Notes: generated by a model not told the origin, from the sequence alone. A stretch of 64,000 nt of DNA from Syntrophomonadaceae bacterium (GCA_003554395.1 PWGD01000148.1:70036-134035); one strand, 5' to 3'. Counted from the first letter of the stretch, positions 20,564-32,079 are shown. Translations and numbers: made by a program.

Positions 20564-22669
20564 CTAACGAGCAACCTGCTCCATTACATAAGCTTCAATA
20601 ATATCTCCTTCTTGCATATCGTTAAAGTTTTCAATCAGAATTCCGCATTCATAACCGGAACTGACCTCACGGACATCATCTTTAAAACGTTTCAGCGAAG
20701 CAATACTGCCCGTATCATGGACTACGGTGCCGTCACGGATGATCCTGACCATAGAGTTTCGGCCTATTTTCCCTTCGATCACATACGAACCGGCAATATT
20801 ACCCAGCTTTGATGCTTTAAAAACCTGCCTCACTTCGGCCTGGCCCTGGATTACTTCTCTCATTTCCGGCTTAAGCATTCCTGTTACGGCATTCTGTATA
20901 TCTTCTATGGCCTCATAGATAATCCGGTATAAACGGACATCGACCTGGTTCTTCTCGGCCAGCTTCCGGGCGTTGTTGTCCGGCCGGACATTAAAACCAA
21001 TTACAATTGCATTCGAAGCAGAAGCAAGCATAATATCCGATTCATTAATAGCGCCGACACCGGTATGGAGTATTTTAATCTGGACCTCATCCAGGCTTAA
21101 TTTGGCCAGCGCATCATTGAGTGCTTCTACTGAACCCTGGACATCACCTTTCAGGATCAAGTTAAGATCTTTAACTTCGCCTTCCTGAATCTGCTTAAAC
21201 AGATCCTCAAGAGTTACCCGCTGCACGCGTCTGCTAGCCTCTTTAATTTTTGCAGCCCGCTTCGACGCTACATCTCTGGCTACCCGTTCACTGTCTACGG
21301 CCTGAAAACTATCCCCGGCCATGGGTACCTCATTAAGGCCCAGGATTTCAACCGGTGTAGCCGGTCCGGCCGAATCAACCCTTTCGCCATGTTCGTTAAT
21401 CATGGCCCTGACCTTCCCGGCAATTGAACCACAAATAATCGGTTCTCCCACATGCAGAGTGCCGTCCTGGACCAGGACAGTAGCAACGGGTCCGCGACCT
21501 TTATCCAGGTTGGCCTCAATAACCGTCCCCCGGGCAATACGTTCCGGCGACGCTTTCAGCTCACAAACCTCGGCTAACAAAACGACCATTTCCAGAAGTT
21601 CTTCCAATCCTTCTCCTTTTATGGCGCTGACCTGGACCATAATCGTATCGCCGCCCCAGTCTTCAGGGACCAGTTCGTGTTCAGCAAGCTGTTGTTTGAC
21701 CCGTTCCGGGTTGGCATCAGCTTTATCCATCTTATTTATAGCCACTATTACCGGCACGCCGGCTGCCTTGGCATGGTTAATAGCTTCCACGGTTTGGGGC
21801 ATTACCCCGTCATCGGCAGCCACAACCAGGATGGCGATATCGGTAACCTGGGCTCCGCGGGCCCTCATGGCTGTGAAAGCCTCATGGCCCGGGGTATCAA
21901 GGAATACAATCTTATTGTTGTCTATATTAACCTGGTAGGCCCCAATATGCTGGGTAATTCCTCCTACTTCGCCTGAGATAACATTGGCGCTCCTGATCGC
22001 GTCCAGAAGCAGGGTTTTACCGTGATCAACGTGGCCGAGAACGGTTACTACAGGCTTGCGCAGGACCTCTTCTTTCTTATCGTCTTCTTCGCTTTCACGC
22101 ACAGCCAGCAGTTCTTCTTCCAGTTCATCTTCTGTATAATCTACCTCAAACCCGTGCCCTTCGGCGATCAATTCGACCGTATCAGTAGTTAAAGGCTGGT
22201 TAATGTTAGCCATAACACCCATTTCCATTAACTCGGTTATTAATTGGGGGGGAGTTATATCCAGGTGAGAAGCCAGTTCGGCCACAGTAATCTGTCCTTC
22301 CAGCTTCATCTTGGGTTTTTGAGCCCTAAGCCTAGCCGCCCTTTTTTCTTCCTGGATCATCTTGCGGGCTTTCCGGCCTAAAATTTTCTGTTCCTGGTCT
22401 TCGGGTTTATCTTTGACTCTGCTTTCCTTTTTTTCAGCAGCCTTTTCAGGAGATTTGGGAACAGCTTTTTCTGAAGCCTTTTTTTTCTGCTCCGGCTTTT
22501 TCTGATCAGTTTTTCCAGTCAATATGGACATGACCTTTTTAGCTTCTTCGTCGTTCAATGTGCTCATATGGTTATTAACTTCAATATCCATATTTTCCAT
22601 TACTTCAATTAGTTTTTTACTGGTTGTTCCCATCTCTTTGGCCAGTTGATAAACTCTCACTTTGCTCAC
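20564..22669 (-). CDS. infB: Translation initiation factor IF-2
   Basis: 701 aa. G-domain [17 protein letters not shown]. Confidence 0.98.
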   Translation of the reverse strand: MSKVRVYQLAKEMGTTSKKLIEVMENMDIEVNNHMSTLNDEEAKKVMSILTGKTDQKKPEQKKKASEKAVPKSPEKAAEKKESRVKDKPEDQEQKILGRKARKMIQEEKRAARLRAQKPKMKLEGQITVAELASHLDITPPQLITELMEMGVMANINQPLTTDTVELIAEGHGFEVDYTEDELEEELLAVRESEEDDKKEEVLRKPVVTVLGHVDHGKTLLLDAIRSANVISGEVGGITQHIGAYQVNIDNNKIVFLDTPGHEAFTAMRARGAQVTDIAILVVAADDGVMPQTVEAINHAKAAGVPVIVAINKMDKADANPERVKQQLAEHELVPEDWGGDTIMVQVSAIKGEGLEELLEMVVLLAEVCELKASPERIARGTVIEANLDKGRGPVATVLVQDGTLHVGEPIICGSIAGKVRAMINEHGERVDSAGPATPVEILGLNEVPMAGDSFQAVDSERVARDVASKRAAKIKEASRRVQRVTLEDLFKQIQEGEVKDLNLILKGDVQGSVEALNDALAKLSLDEVQIKILHTGVGAINESDIMLASASNAIVIGFNVRPDNNARKLAEKNQVDVRLYRIIYEAIEDIQNAVTGMLKPEMREVIQGQAEVRQVFKASKLGNIAGSYVIEGKIGRNSMVRIIRDGTVVHDTGSIASLKRFKDDVREVSSGYECGILIENFNDMQEGDIIEAYVMEQVAR

Positions 22670-22701
22670 TTACAACACCTCCATAAAATAAGCCCTCCCT
22701 G

Positions 22702-22983
22702 TTATAATTCACTTTCTTTTTGTTTCAGAGTTTCAGCTATCTCTGAAATCAAATCTGAAGAAACCGGCAGCTGCAGGTTTCTTTCCAGGCGCTTACCTTT
22801 AACCGCTTTTTTAAAACAATCTTCCAGCGGGCAAATATAAGCTCCCCGGCCGGGTTTTTTTCCGGTTGTGTCAAGCACGATCTCATTTTCAGGTGTCCGT
22901 ACTATGCGCACCAGATCCATTTTAGGTTTTTTTTCCCGGCACCCGATACAAATCCTCAGGGGGATCTTCTTCTTATTAGTCAT
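22702..22983 (-). CDS. ylxR: YlxR/RnpM family RNA-binding protein (DUF448)
   Basis: Start set at MTNKKKIPLRICIGC. Conserved C-x2-C...C motif. Lies between nusA and infB. Confidence 0.8.
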   Translation of the reverse strand: MTNKKKIPLRICIGCREKKPKMDLVRIVRTPENEIVLDTTGKKPGRGAYICPLEDCFKKAVKGKRLERNLQLPVSSDLISEIAETLKQKESEL

Positions 22984-24244
22984 CTTTCTGGGGCTCCTCT
23001 TCAACCACTTCATCCCCGGATTCTTCTTTTAAATCAGTATCGCCGCCAGCGGCGCTTTCTGCGTCTTCTTCAGCGGCAGGCGGAGCATCTTCAGCAACAG
23101 CAGCCGGGTCGTCCCAATTCAATCCTTCCAGGAGGCCGGCGCTTTCATTGTTTTCACCTTCTGCCTCTCCGGCTGATTCATCGGCCAGGCCGATGGCAGA
23201 AAAGCTTTTCTCCGCATACTGCGTTTCGCTGGAAATATCAATCTTCCAGCCGCTGATTTTTGCTGCCAGACGAGCATTTTGCCCTTCCTTACCGATGGCC
23301 AGCGAAAGCTGGTTATCGGGAACGATCACAGTGGCCTCTTTTTTTTCTGAGTTAAGTATTACCGATGAAACCTTGGCCGGGCTAAGCGAATTGGCAATAT
23401 ATTCTTCAGTTTCTTCATTCCATTTAATAATGTCTATTTTTTCACCTTTCAGCTCATTGCTGATCGCCTGGACCCTGCTTCCTCTCGGCCCTACACAGGC
23501 TCCGACGGGGTCAATATCTTTATTGGAGGAGTATACAGCCAGTTTGGACCGGTGGCCTGCTTCACGGGCTGCAGCTTTTATTTCCACAATACCCTCATAT
23601 ATTTCAGGGACTTCCATTTCAAAAAGTCTTTTTAAAAAACCGGTATGAGTGCGAGAAACTATGATCTGAGGCCCCTTGGTGGTTTTCTTGACCTCCATAA
23701 TATAAGTCTTTACCCGCTCCCCCTGGCGATAACGTTCATGAGGGATCTGTTCCTCTACAGGTAGAATCGCCTCAGTCCTACCTAAATCTATGATCACGTT
23801 TTTATGCTCAAAGCGGCGTACCAGGCCCGTAATTATTTCCTCGGTCCGATCGGTAAAGTTCTCATATATTAATTCCCTTTCCGCTTCTCTGATTCTTTGA
23901 ATAACTACCTGCTTGGCTGTCTGGGCCGCAATTCTCCCAAATTCCTTAGGCGTAACTTCCATTTCAATATAATCTCCAAGCTGACAGCGCGGTTCATAAA
24001 CCCTGGCTTCATAAAGGCTCACTTCCTGCTCCTCTGATTCCACTTCTTCAACAACTTTCAGCTGGGAAAAAACTTTAATTTCGCCGGTTTCCCGGTCAAT
24101 ACTGACCCTTACGGCAGGGGATGACTGGAAATTTCTTTTATAGGCTGAAACAAGTGCAACTTCGAGAGCCTCAAAAAGCACTTCTTTGCTAATCCCTTTT
24201 TCTTTTTCCAACGATGTAATCGCTGCAAACAAATCATCGTTCAT
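22976..24244 (-). CDS. nusA: Transcription termination/antitermination factor NusA with acidic C-terminal tail
   Basis: 422 aa. NusA N-terminal domain, S1 domain, two KH domains. Acidic tail EDAPPAAEEDAESAAGGD... Confidence 0.97.
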   Translation of the reverse strand: MNDDLFAAITSLEKEKGISKEVLFEALEVALVSAYKRNFQSSPAVRVSIDRETGEIKVFSQLKVVEEVESEEQEVSLYEARVYEPRCQLGDYIEMEVTPKEFGRIAAQTAKQVVIQRIREAERELIYENFTDRTEEIITGLVRRFEHKNVIIDLGRTEAILPVEEQIPHERYRQGERVKTYIMEVKKTTKGPQIIVSRTHTGFLKRLFEMEVPEIYEGIVEIKAAAREAGHRSKLAVYSSNKDIDPVGACVGPRGSRVQAISNELKGEKIDIIKWNEETEEYIANSLSPAKVSSVILNSEKKEATVIVPDNQLSLAIGKEGQNARLAAKISGWKIDISSETQYAEKSFSAIGLADESAGEAEGENNESAGLLEGLNWDDPAAVAEDAPPAAEEDAESAAGGDTDLKEESGDEVVEEEPQKDD

Positions 24245-24275
24245 AGCTCAACATAGCCTCCTTTCTATTTATCTT

Positions 24276-24788
24276 TTATTTATCTTTTAACAAGTCATCT
24301 ATTTCATTTTTAGGATACCAAAGATTGGCCCTGGTAATTAAGGCAAGAGGTACTTCCATATTTTTACCATCTTCAAGCTCAATAATGACTGAATCATCTT
24401 TGATATCGCCTATAGTACCGCTGAATTTTTTGCGCCCTCCGATTTCTTCGGAAGTTTTCACCTTCACTTTTTCGCCTTTAAATTGCTCAAAATGCTTTTT
24501 TTTAGTCAGCGGTCGTTCTAAACCGGGCGATGAAACTTCCAGGGTATAGGCATGGCTGATGGGGTCGTGATAGTCAAGAAGATCGGAGACAGCGTTGCTG
24601 ATCAATTCACAGTGATCAATGGTCACTCCGCCTTCCCGGTCGATATAAAGATTAATTTTACCCTGTTTTCCGGAAGCATAATCCAGCTTAATCAATTCGA
24701 AACCTTTACTTTCAACTAAGGGTTCGATCAACTCTATTAACTTATCCCTTACTTCTTCCCTGCTCATAAAAAAATCCCGGACTCCCAT
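24276..24788 (-). CDS. rimP: Ribosome maturation factor RimP
   Basis: Conserved core LIEPLVESKGFELIKLDY. The true start may be MSREEV at 24764. Confidence 0.9.
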   Translation of the reverse strand: MGVRDFFMSREEVRDKLIELIEPLVESKGFELIKLDYASGKQGKINLYIDREGGVTIDHCELISNAVSDLLDYHDPISHAYTLEVSSPGLERPLTKKKHFEQFKGEKVKVKTSEEIGGRKKFSGTIGDIKDDSVIIELEDGKNMEVPLALITRANLWYPKNEIDDLLKDK

Positions 24789-24968
24789 CTATGTTTTATT
24801 ACACCTGTTTCAGGCGGGAACATTTTAAGCCCAAATTAACATGAAAGAGTGGGAAACACCCACCCTTGACAAGAAAAACTCTATCACCTGCTTTAATTTA
24901 TCATAAATACTTGATATACGCAATACTGGTGGAGCTTATGTTCTGGAGAACGGGCAAGAATGCCGCTC

Positions 24969-25622
24969 TCACTTGGGATCGGTGTTGATCCTGGTTACAT
25001 ACTTAAATATTTCCCAGTACATTTTTACCCGGGCCAGCAGCCCCTTCCAAAAGCCAAGCTTCTCTTCTTTCATAACATGAGAAAGATCCGGCAGCTGGAC
25101 CGCCTCTGCTTCAATACCATTGTCTTCCACATACTTATGAAGGGCTACTTCAATACCGAAACGGGAAAGATCAAGGTCCGATATATTCTCCAAAAGATTT
25201 CTTCTCAGAGCTCTCTGGCCGGACAAAAATGGGGCCATTTTTTGGGCAAAATCGGTAGCTATGCGTCCTTTTTCAAATATCCCCACCGACATTAAAGCTC
25301 TCCCTTCCTGAACCGGCTTCAATAGAGCTTCAATATGTTTAGTGCCCAATCCGATCAGGTCGGCATCCAGGATTAATATGATTTCCGACTCGCAGCGATC
25401 AAGGCCTGCTTTTATGGCTCCCCCTTTTCCCCTGTTATCAAGCAGCTCAATAATTTCTACATCTTTATACTTCATGGCAGCGCTGACCGTTTCGTCCTCA
25501 GAACCATCGCTGACTATGATCACCCGGTCTACATCGGCTGAACTCTTAAGGGCGCTGATAACATCGCCTATCGTTTTCTCTTCGTTAAAAGCCGGAATGA
25601 TTGCCGCTACTTCCATCTTCAT
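24969..25622 (-). CDS. Small family-2 glycosyltransferase (polyprenyl-phosphate sugar synthase-like, soluble GT-A domain)
   Basis: 217 aa. IIPAFNEE...VIIVSDGSED...ILDAD (DXD) motifs of GT2. Its start overlaps the ispG stop. Confidence 0.75.
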   Translation of the reverse strand: MKMEVAAIIPAFNEEKTIGDVISALKSSADVDRVIIVSDGSEDETVSAAMKYKDVEIIELLDNRGKGGAIKAGLDRCESEIILILDADLIGLGTKHIEALLKPVQEGRALMSVGIFEKGRIATDFAQKMAPFLSGQRALRRNLLENISDLDLSRFGIEVALHKYVEDNGIEAEAVQLPDLSHVMKEEKLGFWKGLLARVKMYWEIFKYVTRINTDPK

Positions 25623-26710
25623 TGCCCTTCCTCCTGCTTCCTTATTTGCGCTGCCAATAGATCTAATTCTTCTTTCAGGGCCTTCAGTAATTGATCGAGA
25701 GCTACGGTCCGGATTACTTTTCCGTGACTGAAGAGGATACCGTGTTTTTTGCCGGCGGAGATGCCGAGATCGGCCTCCCTGGCCTCCCCGGGGCCGTTGA
25801 CGGCACAGCCCATTACCGCTACTTTTACCGGAACTTTGTAACCCTGAAGAACCTTTTCAGCTTCATTGACCATGCTCACAAGGTCTACTGAACAACGTCC
25901 ACAGGTAGGGCAGGAAATCAATTCAGGGCCATACCTTTTCATGCCCAGCGACTGCAGAATTTGCCTGGCCGCCCGGACTTCTTCAACCGGATTGGCGGTA
26001 AGCGACACCCTGATCGTATCGCCAATACCTTCCGCCAGCAGGGTTCCGATGCCAATAGCTCCCTTGATCAGGCCGGAACGCATCGGGCCCGCTCCTGTTA
26101 TTCCCAGGTGTAAAGGATAAGATTTGTTCTCAGAAAAAAGCCGGTAAGCGCAGATTGTAGTATAGACATCGGAAGCTTTCAGCGAAACCACAAGTCTAGA
26201 AAAACCGAGCTCTTCGAAAGTTTTCAAGTATCCCAGGGCCGATTCAACCAGGGCGGATGAGCTTGCGCCGCCGTGTTTTAGCATAAGGCGTTTTTCCAGG
26301 GATCCTGCATTAACCCCAATCCTGATCGGCACTTCCAGTTCCTCTGCTTTCCGGGCAAGTTCGGATAACTTGCTGCGCCCTCCTATATTCCCCGGGTTAA
26401 TCCTTATTTTGGAAGCGCCTTTTTCTAAAACTTCAAGAGCAAGCCGGACATCAAAATGAATATCGGCAATCAGGGGAACGGGACTTTCCCGGGCTAAAAC
26501 CTCAAATGAACCGGCCGCTTCTTTGTCAGGCACGGCCAGGCGGACCAGTTCGCAACCGGCTTCCGCGAGCTCATGGATTTGTTCCAGGGTGGCTTCTAAA
26601 TCGTTAGTTTTCGTATTGGTCATCGACTGAATGACAACCGGTGCATTTCCCCCGATAGTCAATCCACCAACCTGGACCGGCCTGGTTTTTTTACGCTTGA
26701 TTGTATCCAT
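25619..26710 (-). CDS. ispG: 4-hydroxy-3-methylbut-2-en-1-yl diphosphate synthase (flavodoxin)
   Basis: 363 aa, conserved GcpE sequence. C-terminal Cys triad CPTCGRC...C. Confidence 0.95.
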   Translation of the reverse strand: MDTIKRKKTRPVQVGGLTIGGNAPVVIQSMTNTKTNDLEATLEQIHELAEAGCELVRLAVPDKEAAGSFEVLARESPVPLIADIHFDVRLALEVLEKGASKIRINPGNIGGRSKLSELARKAEELEVPIRIGVNAGSLEKRLMLKHGGASSSALVESALGYLKTFEELGFSRLVVSLKASDVYTTICAYRLFSENKSYPLHLGITGAGPMRSGLIKGAIGIGTLLAEGIGDTIRVSLTANPVEEVRAARQILQSLGMKRYGPELISCPTCGRCSVDLVSMVNEAEKVLQGYKVPVKVAVMGCAVNGPGEAREADLGISAGKKHGILFSHGKVIRTVALDQLLKALKEELDLLAAQIRKQEEGQ

Positions 26711-26767
26711 TTATTTAGCACCACATTAATTTTCGTAAAACAGCCGCCGGATCAAACTTTGATCCTG

Positions 26768-27778
26768 CTAATTGGGCGTAAAGAAAAGACGCAGAACATC
26801 CTGGTAAGTAATGAACAGGATTAAAGTAATGAGCAGGGCGAAACCAAGAAAATGGATTAACCCCTCTTTTTCCGGTTCAATCGGTCGCCCCCGCAGCGCT
26901 TCAATGATCAGGAACAAAATGCGGCCGCCGTCTAAAGCCGGTATTGGCAGAAGGTTAATTATACCCAAATTGATACTGATTAAGGCGGTCAGCATCAACA
27001 GGTTTACAAATCCGGTCTGGGCCACTTCTCCAATTACATGCACTATCCCGACCGGTCCGGCTACTTCGAGCGGAGCCTGCCCCGACAACACATAATAGAA
27101 CGAAGCCAGGATCATGCCAAATTGCCGGAAACTGTGCTGGATGGAAGAAAAGAAACTATACCTCTCCAGCATCCGACCGATCCCGATGATGCCTCGCCCG
27201 TCAGGTTCCTCTTCGGCTGTAATGGAATAACTAAGCTCTTCGCCGTTTCTTTCCACAGTGATGGGAAATTCTTCATTGGGCCTGACCGAGATCACGGCAA
27301 CGACGTCGTCAAAGCTTTGCACCGGCTCATTGTCAATACTGATTATCCTGTCCCCAACTTCCAGCCCGGTTTCTTCAGCAGGCGAGTTTTCGACAATATA
27401 ACCGACTTCCGCCGTATCTGTTGGTGTGCCTATGATAAAAAAGAAGATCAGGAAAAACACCAGGATAGCCAGGGCCAGGTTCATGCCGGAGCCGGCCAGC
27501 AGAACCGCCATCCTGCTCAGAATCGGCTTCTTGGGGAAGCTGTCAGGATCTTCAGCTTCTTCAGGATTTTCGCCCATCAAGCGGCAAAAACCGCCCAGGG
27601 GCACTGCCCGCAGAGAATAATCGATCCCATTTTTGGTCCAACTTAACAGTTTTGGGCCAAATCCAACGGCCAATTCCAAAACCCGGATCCCGGTCAGGCG
27701 CGCAACGTAATAGTGCCCTAACTCATGGGCCAGGATTAATAAACCAAATACGAAAATGGCAGCAATCAATGTTTGCAT
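26768..27778 (-). CDS. rseP: RIP metalloprotease RseP (site-2 protease, PDZ domain)
   Basis: HELGHY zinc motif in TM1, PDZ domain, LDG motif near the C-terminus. Confidence 0.9.
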   Translation of the reverse strand: MQTLIAAIFVFGLLILAHELGHYYVARLTGIRVLELAVGFGPKLLSWTKNGIDYSLRAVPLGGFCRLMGENPEEAEDPDSFPKKPILSRMAVLLAGSGMNLALAILVFFLIFFFIIGTPTDTAEVGYIVENSPAEETGLEVGDRIISIDNEPVQSFDDVVAVISVRPNEEFPITVERNGEELSYSITAEEEPDGRGIIGIGRMLERYSFFSSIQHSFRQFGMILASFYYVLSGQAPLEVAGPVGIVHVIGEVAQTGFVNLLMLTALISINLGIINLLPIPALDGGRILFLIIEALRGRPIEPEKEGLIHFLGFALLITLILFITYQDVLRLFFTPN

Positions 27779-28948
27779 TTAACTCATCCTTCCTGTCTGC
27801 TGATCAATTACCCCCGCTGCTTTATGGCGAGACCATTGATCAGCACTTACAACATCTTCAAGGCCGGGGCTATCAATGTTTAAATGACCGTCCATGACTT
27901 CTTCAATCACCTGCGGGATAGCGGTAAACTTAATTCTATTTTCGATAAATGCAGCCACGGCAACCTCATTAGCCCCGTTGAGGACAGCCGGCATAGTGCC
28001 TCCCAGATAGGCCGCCCGGTAAGCAAGGTCAAGACAGGGAAAATTATCCCGGTCGGGCGGAAAAAAGTCAAGTTTTTTCCCAAAAGGATTAAAGTTTTCA
28101 ACCCGGCTTATTTTTCGGTCCGGGTAAGTAAGCGCGTGTTGAATGGGCAGGCGCATATCAGCTACTCCCATTTGGGCCAGTATTGAACCGTCTATATATT
28201 CTACCATAGAATGAACAATACTTTGGCGGTGAATTATTACTTCTATTTGATCCAAGCTGAGATCAAAGAGCCACTTTGCTTCAATTACTTCAAGACCTTT
28301 ATTCATCATCGTCGCCGAATCAATCGTAATCTTCTTGCCCATCTGCCAGTTGGGATGCTGAAGGGCCTGATCAGGAGTGACCAGGTTTAGATCTTCCCTT
28401 TTACGGCCGTAAAAAGGACCTCCCGATGCGGTCAGGTAAATCCTGGCTACTGTTTTAGGATCCGAACCTTCCAGGCACTGCCAGATAGCCGAATGTTCGC
28501 TGTCGACGGGAAGAATTTTTTCCCGATCGAGCAATCCCATACGCTTTAAAATGGATCCTCCGATTACCAGTGATTCTTTGTTGGCCAGGGCGATCATCTT
28601 CCCGTCTTTCAAAGCGGCAACCAGCGGCCTGAAACCGCTAAATCCGACCTGAGCCATTACAACCAGGTCTGCTGTGGGCCAGGTCGCGGCCATAATCTGG
28701 CCTTGATCGCCGGATTCAACGACAGATCCATTCTCTCCAATTTTCTTTCTGAGTCTCTCAGCCGCCTCATGGTCGGTCAACACGGCCAGTTCAGGATTAA
28801 ACCGCTTAACCTGTTCTGCCAGCAACCTGTCGCTGCTGCCGGCGGTAAGAGCAACCACCCGGTAATCATGACCCAGGGCTTCTATCACTTCCAGAGTTTG
28901 TTTCCCGATTGAACCTGTCGAACCAAGTAAAGCAATCTTTTTTTCCAT
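27779..28948 (-). CDS. dxr: 1-deoxy-D-xylulose 5-phosphate reductoisomerase
   Basis: 389 aa. N-terminus KKIALLGSTGSIGKQTLEVI. Confidence 0.95.
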   Translation of the reverse strand: MEKKIALLGSTGSIGKQTLEVIEALGHDYRVVALTAGSSDRLLAEQVKRFNPELAVLTDHEAAERLRKKIGENGSVVESGDQGQIMAATWPTADLVVMAQVGFSGFRPLVAALKDGKMIALANKESLVIGGSILKRMGLLDREKILPVDSEHSAIWQCLEGSDPKTVARIYLTASGGPFYGRKREDLNLVTPDQALQHPNWQMGKKITIDSATMMNKGLEVIEAKWLFDLSLDQIEVIIHRQSIVHSMVEYIDGSILAQMGVADMRLPIQHALTYPDRKISRVENFNPFGKKLDFFPPDRDNFPCLDLAYRAAYLGGTMPAVLNGANEVAVAAFIENRIKFTAIPQVIEEVMDGHLNIDSPGLEDVVSADQWSRHKAAGVIDQQTGRMS

Positions 28949-29074
28949 TATACACCCTGTCCAAAGGCCTGATAAACTCTTTTCCTTTACTGAGCGGGCC
29001 TTTTCCTAAATTAAATCAAAACCCCTCATCTTTTGGACATCTCTCCGGTTCATAAAATCATTTTGCGCTTATCC

Positions 29075-29887
29075 CTAGAGGACACTGACAAGAATGAAGA
29101 AATAATATACAAAAGGAGCGGCCAGCATGATGCTGTCAAAACGGTCTAAAACCCCGCCATGCCCCGGTATAACAGCCCCGGAATCCTTAACCTGCATCTG
29201 CCTTTTTAAACCCGATTCCATCAAATCGCCAAGTTGGGCAAAAACCGCAATACCCAGGGCAAAAATAATGGCTCCCCAGGGGGTAAGCGCAAAAAAACCG
29301 GGGGCCAATATCGATGCGGAAAAAAAGATCACAATTGTCCCGCTCAAGCCGGCCAGGGAGCCTTCCACTGATTTTTTCGGGCTTATCTGTGGAGCAAACT
29401 TGCGCATCCCCCACTTAACCCCGATAAAGTAAGCCATTGTATCATGAATCCAGACCCCGACAAAAAGGAGGTATGTATAAAAAGCGCCATCGGGCTGCAT
29501 CCGCAACATCAATATATACCCGCACAGCACCCCGATATAGATAATTCCCCACATGGTCATTGCCGAGTCGGCTATGCTTGTTTTACCCATGTTTTCCATG
29601 TTGAACAGCGCCGCAACAAACATGATAAAAAATAAAAGTAGGAGTAGGGGGGTGATCAACAAATGCTGTTCAAAAAACATGATTATTATATAGAAACTAA
29701 CCCCTAAGTGGGCGATTACGGCCAGAAAACTAAAATTGCCAATCTTCGTAACACGATTGTATTCATAAATGCCGGCATTAACCACCAGCAGGATAAAAAG
29801 AGCAAACCAGGGCCCTCCAAAATACACGGCTGCAATTACCACCGGTATACCTATCAAAGCAGATAAAATACGAAGAAATAACATCAA
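29075..29887 (-). CDS. cdsA: Phosphatidate cytidylyltransferase
   Basis: 270 aa, polytopic. C-terminal CTP-transferase signature (SxxKRxxxVKDxGxxIPGHGGxLDRxDS). Confidence 0.9.
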   Translation of the reverse strand: MMLFLRILSALIGIPVVIAAVYFGGPWFALFILLVVNAGIYEYNRVTKIGNFSFLAVIAHLGVSFYIIIMFFEQHLLITPLLLLLFFIMFVAALFNMENMGKTSIADSAMTMWGIIYIGVLCGYILMLRMQPDGAFYTYLLFVGVWIHDTMAYFIGVKWGMRKFAPQISPKKSVEGSLAGLSGTIVIFFSASILAPGFFALTPWGAIIFALGIAVFAQLGDLMESGLKRQMQVKDSGAVIPGHGGVLDRFDSIMLAAPFVYYFFILVSVL

Positions 29888-29903
29888 TAATCACCTTTAA
29901 TTG

Positions 29904-30659
29904 CTAAAGTTTACCGAACCGTCTTCTACGAAGTTGATAGTCATGAACGGCTTCCATCAAATCGACTCTTGAAAAGTCGGGCCAGAAGACAGATGTAAAC
30001 CAGAGCTCACTGTAAGCAAGCTGCCATAGCAAAAAATTGCTAATCCGTTTTTCTCCACTGGTCCGGATCAACAAGTCCGGATCAGGCATATCGACAGTAT
30101 ACAGGTAACTGGAAAAAGTTTTTTCGTTAATCTCGCCCTTAATCGTTCCTGATGTCACATCATCAACCAGGAGTTTAACCGCTCTCAGAATTTCTGATCT
30201 TGAACCGTAGTTTAGAGCAAAGTTAAGAATCATGCCCGTATTATCCCTGGTAGCTTCTGTTCCTTCTTCAACAGCCTGTCTCACCTTGCGGGGCAGCCTG
30301 GCGGCATCTCCAATTAATCTTATTTGGACATTGTTGCGCTTTAATTCGGGCAGTTCGGACTGAAAATACTTCTCCGGGAGGCTCATCAGGTAATTAACTT
30401 CCCAGGCCGGCCGCTGCCAGTTCTCGGTAGAAAAAGCAAAGAGGGTCAGAATACTAATACCCAGCTCGTTGGCACACCTGACAATATCCCGGACAGTTTC
30501 CACGCCCTGCCGGTGTCCTTCCTGTCTGGGCAAGCCTTTTTCTAAAGCCCAGCGGCCGTTCCCGTCCATAATAATCGCAATATGACGGGGAACCTTTTCC
30601 GCGTCAATCTTTTGTTTTAGTTCTTTTTCCCTTTGAGAATTATTCACACCAAACCCCAC
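29904..30659 (-). CDS. uppS: Ditrans,polycis-undecaprenyl-diphosphate synthase
   Basis: 251 aa. HIAIIMDGNGRWA and RTSGE..R.S.FLLWQ motifs. Confidence 0.95.
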   Translation of the reverse strand: MGFGVNNSQREKELKQKIDAEKVPRHIAIIMDGNGRWALEKGLPRQEGHRQGVETVRDIVRCANELGISILTLFAFSTENWQRPAWEVNYLMSLPEKYFQSELPELKRNNVQIRLIGDAARLPRKVRQAVEEGTEATRDNTGMILNFALNYGSRSEILRAVKLLVDDVTSGTIKGEINEKTFSSYLYTVDMPDPDLLIRTSGEKRISNFLLWQLAYSELWFTSVFWPDFSRVDLMEAVHDYQLRRRRFGKL

Positions 30660-30798
30660 CGTTTAAAAATAACGGCTCCCCCTTCCAGATCAAGAGAGAG
30701 CCGCCTCTGCTTTGCCTGATCATTATTATGCCCTTAATTATGGAAGCGGTTCTTAATCAGACGCAGCTCATGCTTAAAGTGTATCGAACCGCTGCCTG

Positions 30799-31356
30799 CT
30801 AAACTTCCATCATTTCCTTTTCTTTAGCGGCCAGGATTTTATCAACCTCTTCTATTTTTTGGTCGGTAAGTTCCTGGATGCTGTCCTGGGACCTTCTGCT
30901 TTCATCTTCTGATATATCACTGTCTTTTTCCAGCTTCTTGATCTCATCATTGGCATCGCGGCGGATATTGCGTATTGATACCCTGCCCTCTTCCGCTTTT
31001 TTACGGACAAACCTGACCAGCTCTTTACGTCGTTCTTCGGTCAGCTCCGGGATGTTTAACCTAATTACATTTCCGTCATTGCTGGGGGTTAAGCCGAGAT
31101 CAGATTTCATGATCGCTTTTTCGATTTCCGGCAGGGCCTGTTTATCCCAGGGTTGAATGACCAGCAGGCGTGACTCCGGAGCACTGACGCCGGCCAGTTG
31201 ACTGAGTGGTGTTGGAACGCCATAATAGTCAACTTCAATTCGATCCAGCAGGGAGGGTGTGGCCCTTCCGGCCCTTAAGGTTGCCAGTTCACGCTGAAAA
31301 GCGGTGATAGACTTGTCCATTTTTTCTTCGGCATCGGCATAAATATCCTCTGTCAT
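30799..31356 (-). CDS. frr: Ribosome recycling factor
   Basis: 185 aa, conserved. Confidence 0.97.
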   Translation of the reverse strand: MTEDIYADAEEKMDKSITAFQRELATLRAGRATPSLLDRIEVDYYGVPTPLSQLAGVSAPESRLLVIQPWDKQALPEIEKAIMKSDLGLTPSNDGNVIRLNIPELTEERRKELVRFVRKKAEEGRVSIRNIRRDANDEIKKLEKDSDISEDESRRSQDSIQELTDQKIEEVDKILAAKEKEMMEV

Positions 31357-31359
31357 CAG

Positions 31360-32079
<720 letters not shown>

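Noticed and set aside
24866-24900. Plus-strand TTGACA (24866-24871) with a downstream TATCATAAAT, promoter-like, in the rimP upstream spacer
   Set aside because: Wrong orientation for any gene: the next plus-strand ORF is absent, and flanking genes are both on the minus strand. The -10 spacing is poor. The real rimP promoter should be on the minus strand in this 180-bp region and could not be pinned down confidently.
26749-26765. GGATCAAA-ct-TTTGATCC hairpin right after the rseP stop
   Set aside because: It is not followed by a U-run on the transcribed strand. ispG follows 57 nt later in the same orientation, so it is probably not a terminator. It may be incidental or a processing site.
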